Of a stretch of DNA of 64,000 nt, positions 15,071 through 24,585 are shown in pieces. Source of the DNA: a virus; IMG/VR virus record IMGVR_UViG_3300001846_000219. The stretch is one strand, 5' to 3'. Position 1 is the stretch's first letter. Each line of letters starts with the position of its first letter. The notes under the pieces are model-generated. The model worked only from the letters and a program-made list of their open reading frames with translations. It was not told where the DNA came from and did no database searches. Position numbers and translations under genes: made by a program.

Positions 15071-15252
15071 GTAACTTCGATGCCTATTCGAGACTCTATG
15101 AGGAGGGTAATCTTCCTCCTCAGGAGTTCATCGAGTGGATGCAATATCTGATCGATTGTGAACCCGAACCTGACTACAGTAAGCATAAGAAACTGAGAGA
15201 ATATTGCATCCTCGAAGGGTTATGCTATGATGTCAATGTAGGGGACGATTAG
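15067..15252 (+). CDS. Hypothetical protein (TTG start)
   Basis: 61 aa; overlaps the upstream stop (TTGA). Confidence 0.55.
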   Translation: MSNFDAYSRLYEEGNLPPQEFIEWMQYLIDCEPEPDYSKHKKLREYCILEGLCYDVNVGDD

Positions 15253-15491
15253 ATACACTTGGCGTATATTAAAAGGGGACCCTATGTGTAACCTACAAAA
15301 GTATAGGGTCGAGCATATTATCGAAACCTCTTTGAGGGTCCCCCCATATACAAAAAATTTTTCCCAGGTAAAAATCCCCCAGGAGGTCGTTTAGAATTTC
15401 CCAGTTCCTCTGAGATGAGTCACCTGCAGATAACCTCGGATAATAAAAAAAACTTCCTATATACTGCAAGAATGTAACGGACGGTATCAGA

Positions 15492-15653
15492 ATGTCTCGT
15501 AGGTTTATACTAAGTGTTGAGGAGGACGAACACGGGGATTGTTTCATTACATTACCCGATGAGTTACTTGATGAACTCGGATGGCAAATTGACGATGTTC
15601 TAGAGTATACTGTTGAAGGAGAAAACGTTTATCTCAGTAAAGTTGATGAGTGA
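15492..15653 (+). CDS. AbrB/MazE/SpoVT-like swapped-hairpin DNA-binding protein (53 aa, not in the track)
   Basis: FILSVEEDEHGDCFITLPDELLDELGWQIDDVLEYTVEGENVYLSK; LP.E+...LGW..GD.L pattern. Confidence 0.75.
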   Translation: MSRRFILSVEEDEHGDCFITLPDELLDELGWQIDDVLEYTVEGENVYLSKVDE

Positions 15654-15807
15654 ATTCACTTATGAGCAGCAGAAGTTAATCTTCGATGCTGTGCGGCACT
15701 ATCAAATGAATCATAATGGTTCACAAGCACATTATGACAAGTGTCAGAAACTATTGAACAGTATTGATGTTAGAGTGAGTCACAATGAAGTCGAATGCGA
15801 CATTTGA
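15646..15807 (+). CDS. Hypothetical protein
   Basis: ATG at 15646 (MSEFTYEQQKLIFDAVRHYQMNH). Confidence 0.65.
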   Translation: MSEFTYEQQKLIFDAVRHYQMNHNGSQAHYDKCQKLLNSIDVRVSHNEVECDI

Positions 15808-16336
15808 AGTAATTGACAACTTCCTTCCCAACGAAGTATTCAATACAATATACCAACAGATCACTGGAGATCAGTGTTTTCCTTGGTATTTGAATCACGC
15901 TAAGGTAATGCACGTCAGTCGTATGCTTGATCCTGAGTTACAAGCGAAGGAGATCTACAACTGGCAGATGGTACATAAGTTTTATGAGATGGGTAGACCC
16001 CAGTCCCAGGAATGGGAAATACTTCTCCCACTCATCAATGCTTTACAACCACGTGCTCTAATTCGTATCAAAGCGAATCTAAATCATCACACAGACAATC
16101 TGATTGAATACGATTATCACACAGACTGTGGAGAGTACGGTACAGACCAGTTTGCGGGAGCAACAACTGCTGTATACTATCTCAATGATTGTGATGGTTA
16201 CACGTTCTTTCAGAGTGGTGAGAGAGTGTATTCCAAGGCGAATCGATTAGTCAAATTCCCTGTCAACACACCTCACGCAGGTACATCAACAACTGATGCG
16301 AAATTCAGGTTTGTAATCAATTTGAATTACTTCTGA
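15785..16336 (+). CDS. 2OG-Fe(II) oxygenase superfamily protein
   Basis: VIDNFLP, RIKANL, YHTD (HxD), YYLNDCDGYT, SKANRLVKF...PHAG...RFVINLNYF. Confidence 0.85.
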   Translation: MKSNATFEVIDNFLPNEVFNTIYQQITGDQCFPWYLNHAKVMHVSRMLDPELQAKEIYNWQMVHKFYEMGRPQSQEWEILLPLINALQPRALIRIKANLNHHTDNLIEYDYHTDCGEYGTDQFAGATTAVYYLNDCDGYTFFQSGERVYSKANRLVKFPVNTPHAGTSTTDAKFRFVINLNYF

Positions 16337-16390
16337 ACCGTTACCCCCGCGAACGTTGTAACTATTCTAATGGTAGTAGAGAAAACTCTA

Positions 16391-16419
16391 TTGCCATTTT
16401 TTTATGCTTATGGTATAAC
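16391..16419 (+). promoter_or_regulatory. Sigma70-type promoter with extended -10
   Basis: TTGCCA-17 bp-TATAAC, preceded by TGG. Confidence 0.65.
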
Positions 16420-16444
16420 TATTATTACATTCATACACTAATAT

Positions 16445-17263
16445 ATGAAAACACTGCAACAGCAACTCAATATCGACAACAAAATCGATGCCTATGATTT
16501 TTGGCATCTGTATGAACCCAATTTCAATCAACCACGTAGAAGTAGTGCAAACATTGAGGTTCGTAAATCGATTGGTTTAGACACTGCTCGTCCTGGTGAT
16601 TTAATTACCTCTCTAGAGGGAGAGATGTGGCGTATTGCTATTCACGTTGAGAATGGTCAGGAAGTGACTCTTCCCTGGATGCACGTTTCCAACTTTGGGC
16701 GTGTGATTAGTCACGTGTACCCTAGTGCCACTCAGAAGCGTCTTGGCAAGAGATGGGATCCAACATACCATCGTCTGTGTGACGGCAAGTTGAAGCGTTA
16801 TAGCGGCACCGATGAGAAGACTTCTGGATGGAAGTTACTTATCAAAATGCCTCATATGGGGAAGTTGGAACCAGTGTGGTTGGATGACGAATGTACTGTT
16901 CAAAGTGCAGCATCCAAACGACAGGAGCGTGATATTGCCATTCACACTTTGGTTGCAAATACCTGGTACCCTATCTACGAAAATATACCTGATGTGGATC
17001 CTCGAATGCTGAAAGCATTGAGATGGGATACTGCATCTAAGGAAGATAAATTGTGGATGCAAGAGTTGTTTGAGGTTGATCATAAGGATCAGAACCCATT
17101 AAATAACTATGCCACCAACTTCCGTCGAACTACAGGTAAGGAGAACAATCGTGCAGCACTACGTGCACGTGGAGGCAACCACGCTAATCATCGTGGTACT
17201 ACTATCAATGTTGATGTTGAACCATCCAATAATCTTATGGAGTTGTTTAATGGAAATTCCTGA
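16445..17263 (+). CDS. NUMOD4-HNH homing endonuclease
   Basis: EMWR...VSNFGRV (NUMOD4); IHTLVANTW; EVDHKDQNPLNNYATNFRRTTGKENN. Confidence 0.8.
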   Translation: MKTLQQQLNIDNKIDAYDFWHLYEPNFNQPRRSSANIEVRKSIGLDTARPGDLITSLEGEMWRIAIHVENGQEVTLPWMHVSNFGRVISHVYPSATQKRLGKRWDPTYHRLCDGKLKRYSGTDEKTSGWKLLIKMPHMGKLEPVWLDDECTVQSAASKRQERDIAIHTLVANTWYPIYENIPDVDPRMLKALRWDTASKEDKLWMQELFEVDHKDQNPLNNYATNFRRTTGKENNRAALRARGGNHANHRGTTINVDVEPSNNLMELFNGNS

Positions 17264-17489
17264 GTTTGAATCTTATCAAGAAGAACTTGAGTGGAGATTT
17301 GATCGTATTGCTGAGACTTTGAAGGTATTAGCAGAACGTAGTCAACGTGCAGAACAGTTTCTGAGCAGGGGTGCTGATATGATTCAGTACAAGATTCCTG
17401 GACACGACGAGTATTCCAATCTAAAAGGGATCTTTGATGATCTCTATATGCGAATAAATACTCTGGAAGAGAAACTAAATGGTGACTAA
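17250..17489 (+). CDS. Conserved T4-like cyanophage hypothetical protein
   Basis: ATG at 17250 (MEIPEFESYQEEL...MIQYKIPGHDEY). Confidence 0.7.
   Translation: MEIPEFESYQEELEWRFDRIAETLKVLAERSQRAEQFLSRGADMIQYKIPGHDEYSNLKGIFDDLYMRINTLEEKLNGD
17454..17460 (+). promoter_or_regulatory. T4-type late promoter
   Basis: ATAAATA about 30 nt upstream of the first structural gene. Confidence 0.65.
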
Positions 17490-20400
17490 TGCCAGCCTAT
17501 ATCATTGAAACTGGTCGTAGTTATGAAAACCCCGTAGATTCGGATGATTACTATAGGACGTGGAACTCGTCTGATCATCCGTCTCTCGGCGGTGGTTATC
17601 AAATTACATTCCAAGATGCTGGTCCTGGTTCCTACAATTTTGGTAGGGACGAAGTATTTTATATTGGTGCGCCTACAGAAACTTGTGTAGCAAACTGCAA
17701 TTCTACACGTAGGGGTGTTTGGAGATACTACTCTGGATCAAATGAAGATCATTTGTATTGGGTTGATGAGAGTATCCCAAAGAACGATACCTTTGATAGA
17801 AGATCATATAATCACGAACCACGCAATAAGAGAAGATATTTTCAACTCCTAAAAGAGTCTGTTGGTAGTGCAGTTGGGGTATATCTGCATTTTAGTAATG
17901 GAAATAAGAATTCGTATCTGTCTTCCAGTAGTAGTGGAGCAGTTCGTTTCTTAGGATATGCATATTCTTCCCAATCTGCTGCCAATTCTGCTGGAGTAAC
18001 CAATCCTGGTGAATCTGCAATACCTTTGTATCACTATCGGAAGAATAATTCCAATGGATACGATGATTTTTACACAATCAACCCTGCAACAGAGGTAAAC
18101 TTACAAATTGGTGTCCCTGGAGTGCCCGATCCAGCGGAAGCACTGAATCAAGAGTACCAATATATTGGAATTTACGCTTGGGTGTTTGATGGATCTGCAC
18201 CTCAAGCAAAAAAACGCTTTGAATCGACAGGAAAAGCATTCAATACAGGTGAAGTTGACCGTTCTGGATGGTACAACTACAATACAACGTGGTCTAGAAG
18301 ACGATATGAGGATGAACCCACCGATACACCTGCTGAGCAGGGGTGGGGTGAAGCAACTAGCGTTGCTCTAGCATCTACTGATGCCAATTTTGAGTGGTTC
18401 TATGGTAAAAATGGTGCTGTTAAAGCGTGTATGCCAAGATTCCTTGGTTTTCACGATGCATTTGAAGGACAATTCTTATATTATCTCTACGATACATCAT
18501 TTCCGTTTAATGGTCCCATCTATGGTATCAATTTTACCACTACAGATGCTCCCTGCTGTCCTGCACGGAGTGAAACACCGTGTGTACCCAACGTAGAATA
18601 CCACTCATACTACTATGAGATGCGTGAGGATGCCTGGGTAACCCAGAAAACACGTATTACTGTGGATGTGCCTGGAAAGGGCGCTGCAGAGTCATTCTGG
18701 GCGGTAGGAACGGATGATCCAATGATCTTTTTCCGCTACACCTCGTCCAGTGGTGCATTTAGACTTGGCGAAACCCTGAATGGGTGGGAAATACAAAGAG
18801 TTCGTTACTTTGGGGATGAATTGAAGTGTGGTTATATGACACTCAAGGGCATTTCATCACAGTTTGGTAATGCATTTACATATAACCAGTCTATTACGTC
18901 AAATGACGGTGCTACAGGGGTTGTTTTAGCGGGTTATGGCATCAAAGATAAGGCAGCATTCTTTGGAATTTACGAATTTCCAAAACAACTGTCATATTAT
19001 AAGGTTGAACTCGACAATAAAGCACTGATTCCGAACAGAACTTTGGATGAGGCGGTATTAGAGGCAATCGTAAACAATAAAGGCGAAATTGATCACGTAA
19101 ACATTGTTAATTCTGGTAGAGATTACAGAAATCCAACCCTTTCATTCTCACTTCCTGACGTTATTCGTGAAGAAGGATTCTCTGATGCCGCAGAAAATAT
19201 CCCAGAAGCGTTTGAAGATGATGTTTCTGGTGAAATTGCAATCTCACTTGAGTCCAGTGATGAATTTGAAAGTGGTGATTACTCAACCAGAAAGATTGGT
19301 AGAAACGTTTCTAAGCAAAGATACGTCACACAGGACGATTTTACGGGAACTCTGAGGCAGGCTAAGGGTTATGCAGTCTTAAATGAGATCGGATGTATCA
19401 AACAGGTCGTCATTACAGACAAAGGAGCAGGGTATCAACCTGGGGAAAAGGTAGAAATCTACGTTGTAGATCGTTTAACCGAGACTCGGGAAGACACTTT
19501 TGTTGGTCCTGGCGCTGCTGACATCAAAACAAAGGTCGATTCTTCGGTGGGAAGTGGTGAAATTGGTGATTCTAGGGTGAGATCTGCATTTTCTGAGATG
19601 CAAGAGATCGCTGGAACTGCTCTAGATGTCCTAAAAGAACCAGTTTTATCAAATTATACCGTTGGATACATTAGAAATACGGATGTAAACAACTATGAGA
19701 AGACAAAATTCTGCGATGATGTGATTCCATCGATATGTTTAGACCTAGATATGGGATCTCAGTGGGCAGATGTGAACACTTATACAGATGTGAGTTCACT
19801 TTGGGGCGAAGTTAAGAATGCAAATCCAAATTGGAACCAAAATAATGAGTTTTTTGCGGATATTCAAACAAATTCATCTAAGAATCAGCAGATAATCAAC
19901 ACTAAAATGAACAGTGGACTGCCTGGAATCTTTGGTGGACCGTGTATTGAGACAAATCAAGCAAATTTGTATACGGTAAAACGCTTTGTTGACCTTCCTT
20001 GCCCGTATGTTGCATACGATCCCAATGGGGTTGAGAAGGTTTTTGGATACTTACCCTTCAAATATTGCGGTAATGATCAAGAATTTGCAACTGTTAGAGT
20101 CACATTGTCAGTAGAAGGTGATGTTTCTGGCGTTAGTTCGGCAGTTAATGAGCGTTTTATGGACTGGTTGAGTTGGTTACCCAAACCAACATTAACTCCT
20201 GCACGTCAAGTTGGGGGTGGTGTGAAGTGTCACCCGTGTGTTAGAGGTGCATATAAAGGTAAATGTTATGAAACTGCCAACGGTGAGTACACATTTGTAC
20301 CTCGTTCTGGGGATGAAAATACATTTGATTACAATGGACCTGGCGCAACACTGTCAACTTCAAATGAAGAGTTGGGTCAATTGAGCACTTGGATCGGTGA

Positions 20401-20917
20401 CAACGTAAATGTTTACACTGGAATGTTCTTCAATCAGACAATTGTTGATGCAAATGACAATCCACTGTATACCAATAACGTTCCATACACGCAACTCACT
20501 CTAGATCCGTGCACAAATGGTAAATTTCCTAATGATTGTTGGCACAATTTTGTGGCAGATGGGGTTTTGGATGTGTATTCTGGGTATGACGGTAGTGGAA
20601 ATGGCATTGCATCCGACGATATTTGCTCTGGATACCCGTTTAGATCCTGCGGTGGGTCTCTAACAAGCGGAGATCCCGAAGATCCAGTCAATAATCCGCC
20701 TGTTTATGCCGCTGGTAGTTGGGCATTGAGGAATGTTATTCACTCAACAGTCGCATTCGACACAGAAAAGCGAGCAGAAAACAACCCATACATAGAATTG
20801 GGACCGTTTTCTGGCGATATGCAGTGGGTAAATTGGAAAACTGGTGCCGTACGACTATTGGATAAGGCATATGAACAATACGGAAACCCATTTTTTGAGG
20901 AGTGCGACTTAGAATAA
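17489..20917 (+). CDS. Large virion structural protein (baseplate hub region)
   Basis: 1142 aa directly upstream of the PAAR gene; I.N.GRDY and I.DKGAGY beta-repeats. Confidence 0.7.
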   Translation: MPAYIIETGRSYENPVDSDDYYRTWNSSDHPSLGGGYQITFQDAGPGSYNFGRDEVFYIGAPTETCVANCNSTRRGVWRYYSGSNEDHLYWVDESIPKNDTFDRRSYNHEPRNKRRYFQLLKESVGSAVGVYLHFSNGNKNSYLSSSSSGAVRFLGYAYSSQSAANSAGVTNPGESAIPLYHYRKNNSNGYDDFYTINPATEVNLQIGVPGVPDPAEALNQEYQYIGIYAWVFDGSAPQAKKRFESTGKAFNTGEVDRSGWYNYNTTWSRRRYEDEPTDTPAEQGWGEATSVALASTDANFEWFYGKNGAVKACMPRFLGFHDAFEGQFLYYLYDTSFPFNGPIYGINFTTTDAPCCPARSETPCVPNVEYHSYYYEMREDAWVTQKTRITVDVPGKGAAESFWAVGTDDPMIFFRYTSSSGAFRLGETLNGWEIQRVRYFGDELKCGYMTLKGISSQFGNAFTYNQSITSNDGATGVVLAGYGIKDKAAFFGIYEFPKQLSYYKVELDNKALIPNRTLDEAVLEAIVNNKGEIDHVNIVNSGRDYRNPTLSFSLPDVIREEGFSDAAENIPEAFEDDVSGEIAISLESSDEFESGDYSTRKIGRNVSKQRYVTQDDFTGTLRQAKGYAVLNEIGCIKQVVITDKGAGYQPGEKVEIYVVDRLTETREDTFVGPGAADIKTKVDSSVGSGEIGDSRVRSAFSEMQEIAGTALDVLKEPVLSNYTVGYIRNTDVNNYEKTKFCDDVIPSICLDLDMGSQWADVNTYTDVSSLWGEVKNANPNWNQNNEFFADIQTNSSKNQQIINTKMNSGLPGIFGGPCIETNQANLYTVKRFVDLPCPYVAYDPNGVEKVFGYLPFKYCGNDQEFATVRVTLSVEGDVSGVSSAVNERFMDWLSWLPKPTLTPARQVGGGVKCHPCVRGAYKGKCYETANGEYTFVPRSGDENTFDYNGPGATLSTSNEELGQLSTWIGDNVNVYTGMFFNQTIVDANDNPLYTNNVPYTQLTLDPCTNGKFPNDCWHNFVADGVLDVYSGYDGSGNGIASDDICSGYPFRSCGGSLTSGDPEDPVNNPPVYAAGSWALRNVIHSTVAFDTEKRAENNPYIELGPFSGDMQWVNWKTGAVRLLDKAYEQYGNPFFEECDLE

Positions 20918-21447
20918 TGGCAGGATTACTAAAACCAGTAGCAAGTTTGAATGGGATGCCTTGTTCTGGACACGGTATTCCAGTTCCTACTGCAATTCAT
21001 ACTCAAGAACCGTGTAAAAAACCACCAACAAAGTTACCGATTGTTGTAAAAAATCTAACTTGTTTTTGGCCACCCACACCACTCACCCCAATCAATGCGA
21101 TAAATCCCCAGAGAGCGACAGTTTTGGTAAACGGATTCCCGATTATGATTGCTGGTGATACGTTTACACCGCATATTTCTGTGACGACAAACATTGTGAA
21201 CTATGTTTGCCCGTGTGGACCCAATACTTGCATCATCCCAACGCCATTTCCCTGCTCAGAACTTACAATTGAAGACAGGGGAGGAACAGGACATCCTAGA
21301 ACTGTGGTTCCTACTAGCACAACAACCCTAGCCTTTAAGGTTCCTGTAGCAAGATTATTGGATCCTTTGGGTGTTGGTGCACCAGGTGCAAGTTTGCCGT
21401 GTTCCAGTGTTGTTGCTTATGGATCACCTACTGTACTTGCCTCATAG
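20917..21447 (+). CDS. gp5.4: PAAR spike-tip protein (gp5.4-like)
   Basis: PCSGHG...VLVNGFP...GDTFTPH...GH...ARLLDPLG...CSSVVAYGSPTV; TAATG coupling. Confidence 0.8.
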   Translation: MAGLLKPVASLNGMPCSGHGIPVPTAIHTQEPCKKPPTKLPIVVKNLTCFWPPTPLTPINAINPQRATVLVNGFPIMIAGDTFTPHISVTTNIVNYVCPCGPNTCIIPTPFPCSELTIEDRGGTGHPRTVVPTSTTTLAFKVPVARLLDPLGVGAPGASLPCSSVVAYGSPTVLAS

Positions 21448-21482
21448 ATATGCTATAATTTCTCTGTTCTACAAATTCGATT

Positions 21483-21632
21483 ATGGCACGAGCAAAAGTT
21501 GGTCTTTCTGGCAAGAAAATCATTGAGTCGAAACCCAAGACCACTCGTCAGGGAAGCAGTAAGCATACCAAGTATTCTGCAAGTTCTAGGAATGGTGCTC
21601 CCAAACGGTACCGTGGTCAAGGTCGGGGTTGA
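21483..21632 (+). CDS. Small basic conserved cyanophage protein (49 aa, not in the track)
   Basis: MARAKVGLSGKKIIESKPKTTRQGSSKHTKYSASSRNGAPKRYRGQGRG; upstream TGCTATAAT at 21451. Confidence 0.7.
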   Translation: MARAKVGLSGKKIIESKPKTTRQGSSKHTKYSASSRNGAPKRYRGQGRG

Positions 21633-21823
21633 TGCGTCCTGAAACTCGTAAGTCGATGGAAATGCTCTTCGCTGCTAAATGGAACCTTCCTAAAGCAGCG
21701 AAGAACTGCAGTCTCAGTGAAAAGGAAATGAAAATTACTTTCAATGAGTATTGCAATTTCCACCCACCAACTTATAAGGTAACGGTAGATTTCCGCGATA
21801 AACAATTGGGATTCGACCTCTAA
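21632..21823 (+). CDS. Conserved cyanophage hypothetical protein
   Basis: MRPETRKSMEMLFAAKWNLPKAAK. Confidence 0.7.
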   Translation: MRPETRKSMEMLFAAKWNLPKAAKNCSLSEKEMKITFNEYCNFHPPTYKVTVDFRDKQLGFDL

Positions 21824-21883
21824 ATACATCAGGCGATAGCAACCGCCATAAAAGTTCTACTTGTAGAATTCAGGTAAACGATT

Positions 21884-22072
21884 ATGGCAAACAGTCCTAT
21901 TCCTGATCAGGGACAAGATTTTATCGATTCTGGAATGGTTTTAATAACCGATCCGCGCTCTGATAAATACTTGAACCGAACGAAACCCAACGATCCTCCC
22001 AAGGATCGTCTAACTAGACAATGTGGCGGTGCTGGTGGTTTCGACGATTATGTCGAACGCTTTAATTCTTAA
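21884..22072 (+). CDS. Conserved cyanophage hypothetical protein upstream of gp25
   Basis: MANSPIPDQG...LITDPRSDKYL; late-promoter-like CTAAATA at 21820. Confidence 0.7.
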   Translation: MANSPIPDQGQDFIDSGMVLITDPRSDKYLNRTKPNDPPKDRLTRQCGGAGGFDDYVERFNS

Positions 22073-22479
22073 TGGCATACCGTTTCAAAACAGAACGAAA
22101 TTTAAGTCGTCAATTTAGAGACCTCAGTATTGGGATGTTGGCAAACCCCAATACTGAGGATTTTTCTATGGTAAAAAATGAGAATGCTATCAAGCAATCT
22201 ATTAGAAATTTGGTATTGACACAATTTGGCGAAAGACCTTTTCAACCAAACAGTGGATCTAGACTCAAATCTATGCTTTTTGAGAACTTTGATGTGTTTA
22301 TGCTGGAAGATCTCAAAAGTGAAATTGTCAGTGTTGTTAGTCGTTTAGAACCACGAGTTGAACTTACTGACGTAATTGTTAAATATGAAGGTGGTACTGA
22401 AATTGAGGTTGAAGTGGAATATAGAATTATCGGTGAAATCCTTACACAAACTGTAGACTTCCTGCTGGAGCGCACGTAA
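22072..22479 (+). CDS. gp25: Baseplate wedge subunit gp25
   Basis: NENAIKQSIRNLVLT..GERPFQP..GS...EPRV; directly upstream of gp6. Confidence 0.9.
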   Translation: MAYRFKTERNLSRQFRDLSIGMLANPNTEDFSMVKNENAIKQSIRNLVLTQFGERPFQPNSGSRLKSMLFENFDVFMLEDLKSEIVSVVSRLEPRVELTDVIVKYEGGTEIEVEVEYRIIGEILTQTVDFLLERT

Positions 22480-22481
22480 AA

Positions 22482-24566
22482 ATGGCAGCAATCCCATCAA
22501 ACTTAACTGCTCTTGACTTCACAGAGATCAGAGAATCTATTAAGTCATATCTAAGAACTCGTACAGAGTTTACAGATTACGACTTTGAGGGATCTGCTTC
22601 GTCTTATCTCCTGGATGTCTTAGCATATAACACATATTATGCCGCGTTTAATGCCAATATGGCAATGAACGAAGCATTTCTTGAGTCAGCAACTATCAGA
22701 GATAATGTTGTCAAGATTGCTAAGCAATTGAATTATACGCCGAGATCGATCAAAGCAGCAAAGGCGTGTGTTAGATTTGCGGTTCAAACCAATTATATTG
22801 GTACATCAACGACATATCCCGCAACAGTTACATTGAAAAAGGGTGATGTCTTCGTTTCCAGCATTGGTGGAGAAGCTTTTACATTTACTTTGCCTAAAGA
22901 TCTCCAAGAATCTGTCGATCAAGCGACAGGACAAGCGGAATTTGCACAAGTAGTCATATATCAAGGCAATTCTCTTTCGTTCAAGTATACCGTAAGCGAC
23001 GTTAAGCAAAGAGCATACGTTGTTCCCAGCGATAATGTTGATACAGACCTTCTTACAGTGTCAATTTCCCCCAATGCACAGTCAGAAGAAATTGACACAT
23101 ATAATTTGGTACAAAATATTGTCGATGTTGATGGCACCACTCGGGGATATTTCCTGGAGGAAACTGATGATCTGAGATACAGAGTTGTTTTTGGTGATGG
23201 TGTTATTTGTCGTCAACTCATCTCGGGCGAGGTCATTACATTTGACTATGTTCGTACCAATGGGTCTGCAGCAAACGGATGTAAGAAATTCAACTTCATT
23301 GGTCGTTGCATCGACTCCGAGAACCGATATATCAGTCCCGCAAACATCTCTCTAGCGGTCGTAGACGGCGCTCAAGATGGTGAAGACATAGAGAGTACCT
23401 TAAGCATCAAATACAACGCTCCTAGGGCGTTTAACAGTCAAAATAGAGCGGTTACAGAGTCGGATTACGAGTATATTACCAAGAAGGTGTATCCTCAGGC
23501 AAGATCTGTTACCGCATATGGTGGTGAACGCCTGAATCCACCCGTTTACGGTAAAGTTTACATTGCGATCAGAACAAATTCTGGTGCAAACTTGAATAGT
23601 AGCACAAAAAACAGAATTAAGACAGACCTACTAAAGTATTCCATCGCATCTATTGAACCAGTCATTGTTGATCCCACAACAATGTACATTCGTCCTAAAA
23701 CCTGGGCGTTCTTCGATGGAACTAGGACAAGTTTGTCTAATAATGAACTTGCATCTAAAATTCTTGCTGCTGTAGATCAGTACAATACGCAGTCTTCTTC
23801 CACAAGATTCAATGGTCGTATTGATATTTCTAAGTATCAAGCGATGATTGATAATTCCGATCCTGCAATTAGTGGCAATGTTACCCATATGACATTGGGT
23901 ATGAACATTAGCGGATTCAACTTTGGTGACACATTTACTCAGTGTTTAGACTTTAACAATGAAATTTCCAATCCGAATGATCTTTCTGGAGGATCAAAGG
24001 GTTCCGATGCTGCAACAAGTGGTACCTGCACACCAAAGTATTCTACTGTGAAGAGTGGAACATTCTATTCCACGGGTTATACAGAAGGTCTTCTTGCACT
24101 ACAATCATCTGCTAATGCAACGCAATTATCAACATCAGTTCTTTTGCAGAATGACACTTCCGCGTATCTTCCCGTAAATCTTCGTGATGATGGATATGGA
24201 AGATTGATTATGGTTACCAAACAAGATGAAAAAGAGGTGATTCTCAAAACCAATGTTGGTACTGTTGATTATAAGAATGGTATTGTTTGTGTTGGTCCCG
24301 TAAGTGTTGCTAGCACTCCTGATGGGACTGACCGTATTCCAGTGACGGTTCTTCCCGCATCTTCCAACATTAACGTTGGTACTGGTACCGATCCAACAAT
24401 TTTCAACCCAACTGTTCAAACAATCGATTACACCATTGATGGAACCAATGTTCCCACCTTCGATCCGTTTGATTTTACGCCAATTAACTTCGATGGTACC
24501 TCACTAAATATCATTGATTACCCAACAGTTGTCTACGAACTCCCCGAGTTCAACTCCTGTTTCTAA
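22482..24566 (+). CDS. gp6: Baseplate wedge subunit gp6
   Basis: LDFTEIRESIKSYL...DYDFEGS...LLDVLAYNTYY...QNRAVT.SDY. Confidence 0.92.
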   Translation: MAAIPSNLTALDFTEIRESIKSYLRTRTEFTDYDFEGSASSYLLDVLAYNTYYAAFNANMAMNEAFLESATIRDNVVKIAKQLNYTPRSIKAAKACVRFAVQTNYIGTSTTYPATVTLKKGDVFVSSIGGEAFTFTLPKDLQESVDQATGQAEFAQVVIYQGNSLSFKYTVSDVKQRAYVVPSDNVDTDLLTVSISPNAQSEEIDTYNLVQNIVDVDGTTRGYFLEETDDLRYRVVFGDGVICRQLISGEVITFDYVRTNGSAANGCKKFNFIGRCIDSENRYISPANISLAVVDGAQDGEDIESTLSIKYNAPRAFNSQNRAVTESDYEYITKKVYPQARSVTAYGGERLNPPVYGKVYIAIRTNSGANLNSSTKNRIKTDLLKYSIASIEPVIVDPTTMYIRPKTWAFFDGTRTSLSNNELASKILAAVDQYNTQSSSTRFNGRIDISKYQAMIDNSDPAISGNVTHMTLGMNISGFNFGDTFTQCLDFNNEISNPNDLSGGSKGSDAATSGTCTPKYSTVKSGTFYSTGYTEGLLALQSSANATQLSTSVLLQNDTSAYLPVNLRDDGYGRLIMVTKQDEKEVILKTNVGTVDYKNGIVCVGPVSVASTPDGTDRIPVTVLPASSNINVGTGTDPTIFNPTVQTIDYTIDGTNVPTFDPFDFTPINFDGTSLNIIDYPTVVYELPEFNSCF

Positions 24567-24585
24567 TAATCGATTATAACAAGAG

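Noticed and set aside
15293-15547. 84-aa minus-strand ORF in the intergenic gap
   Set aside because: It is opposite to all other genes, crosses A/T tracts and overlaps the AbrB-like gene.
21849-21870. AAGTTCTACTTGTAGAATT resembles a Cas12a direct-repeat stem
   Set aside because: Single copy, 2-nt loop, and no spacers or cas genes. No CRISPR array was seen in the window.
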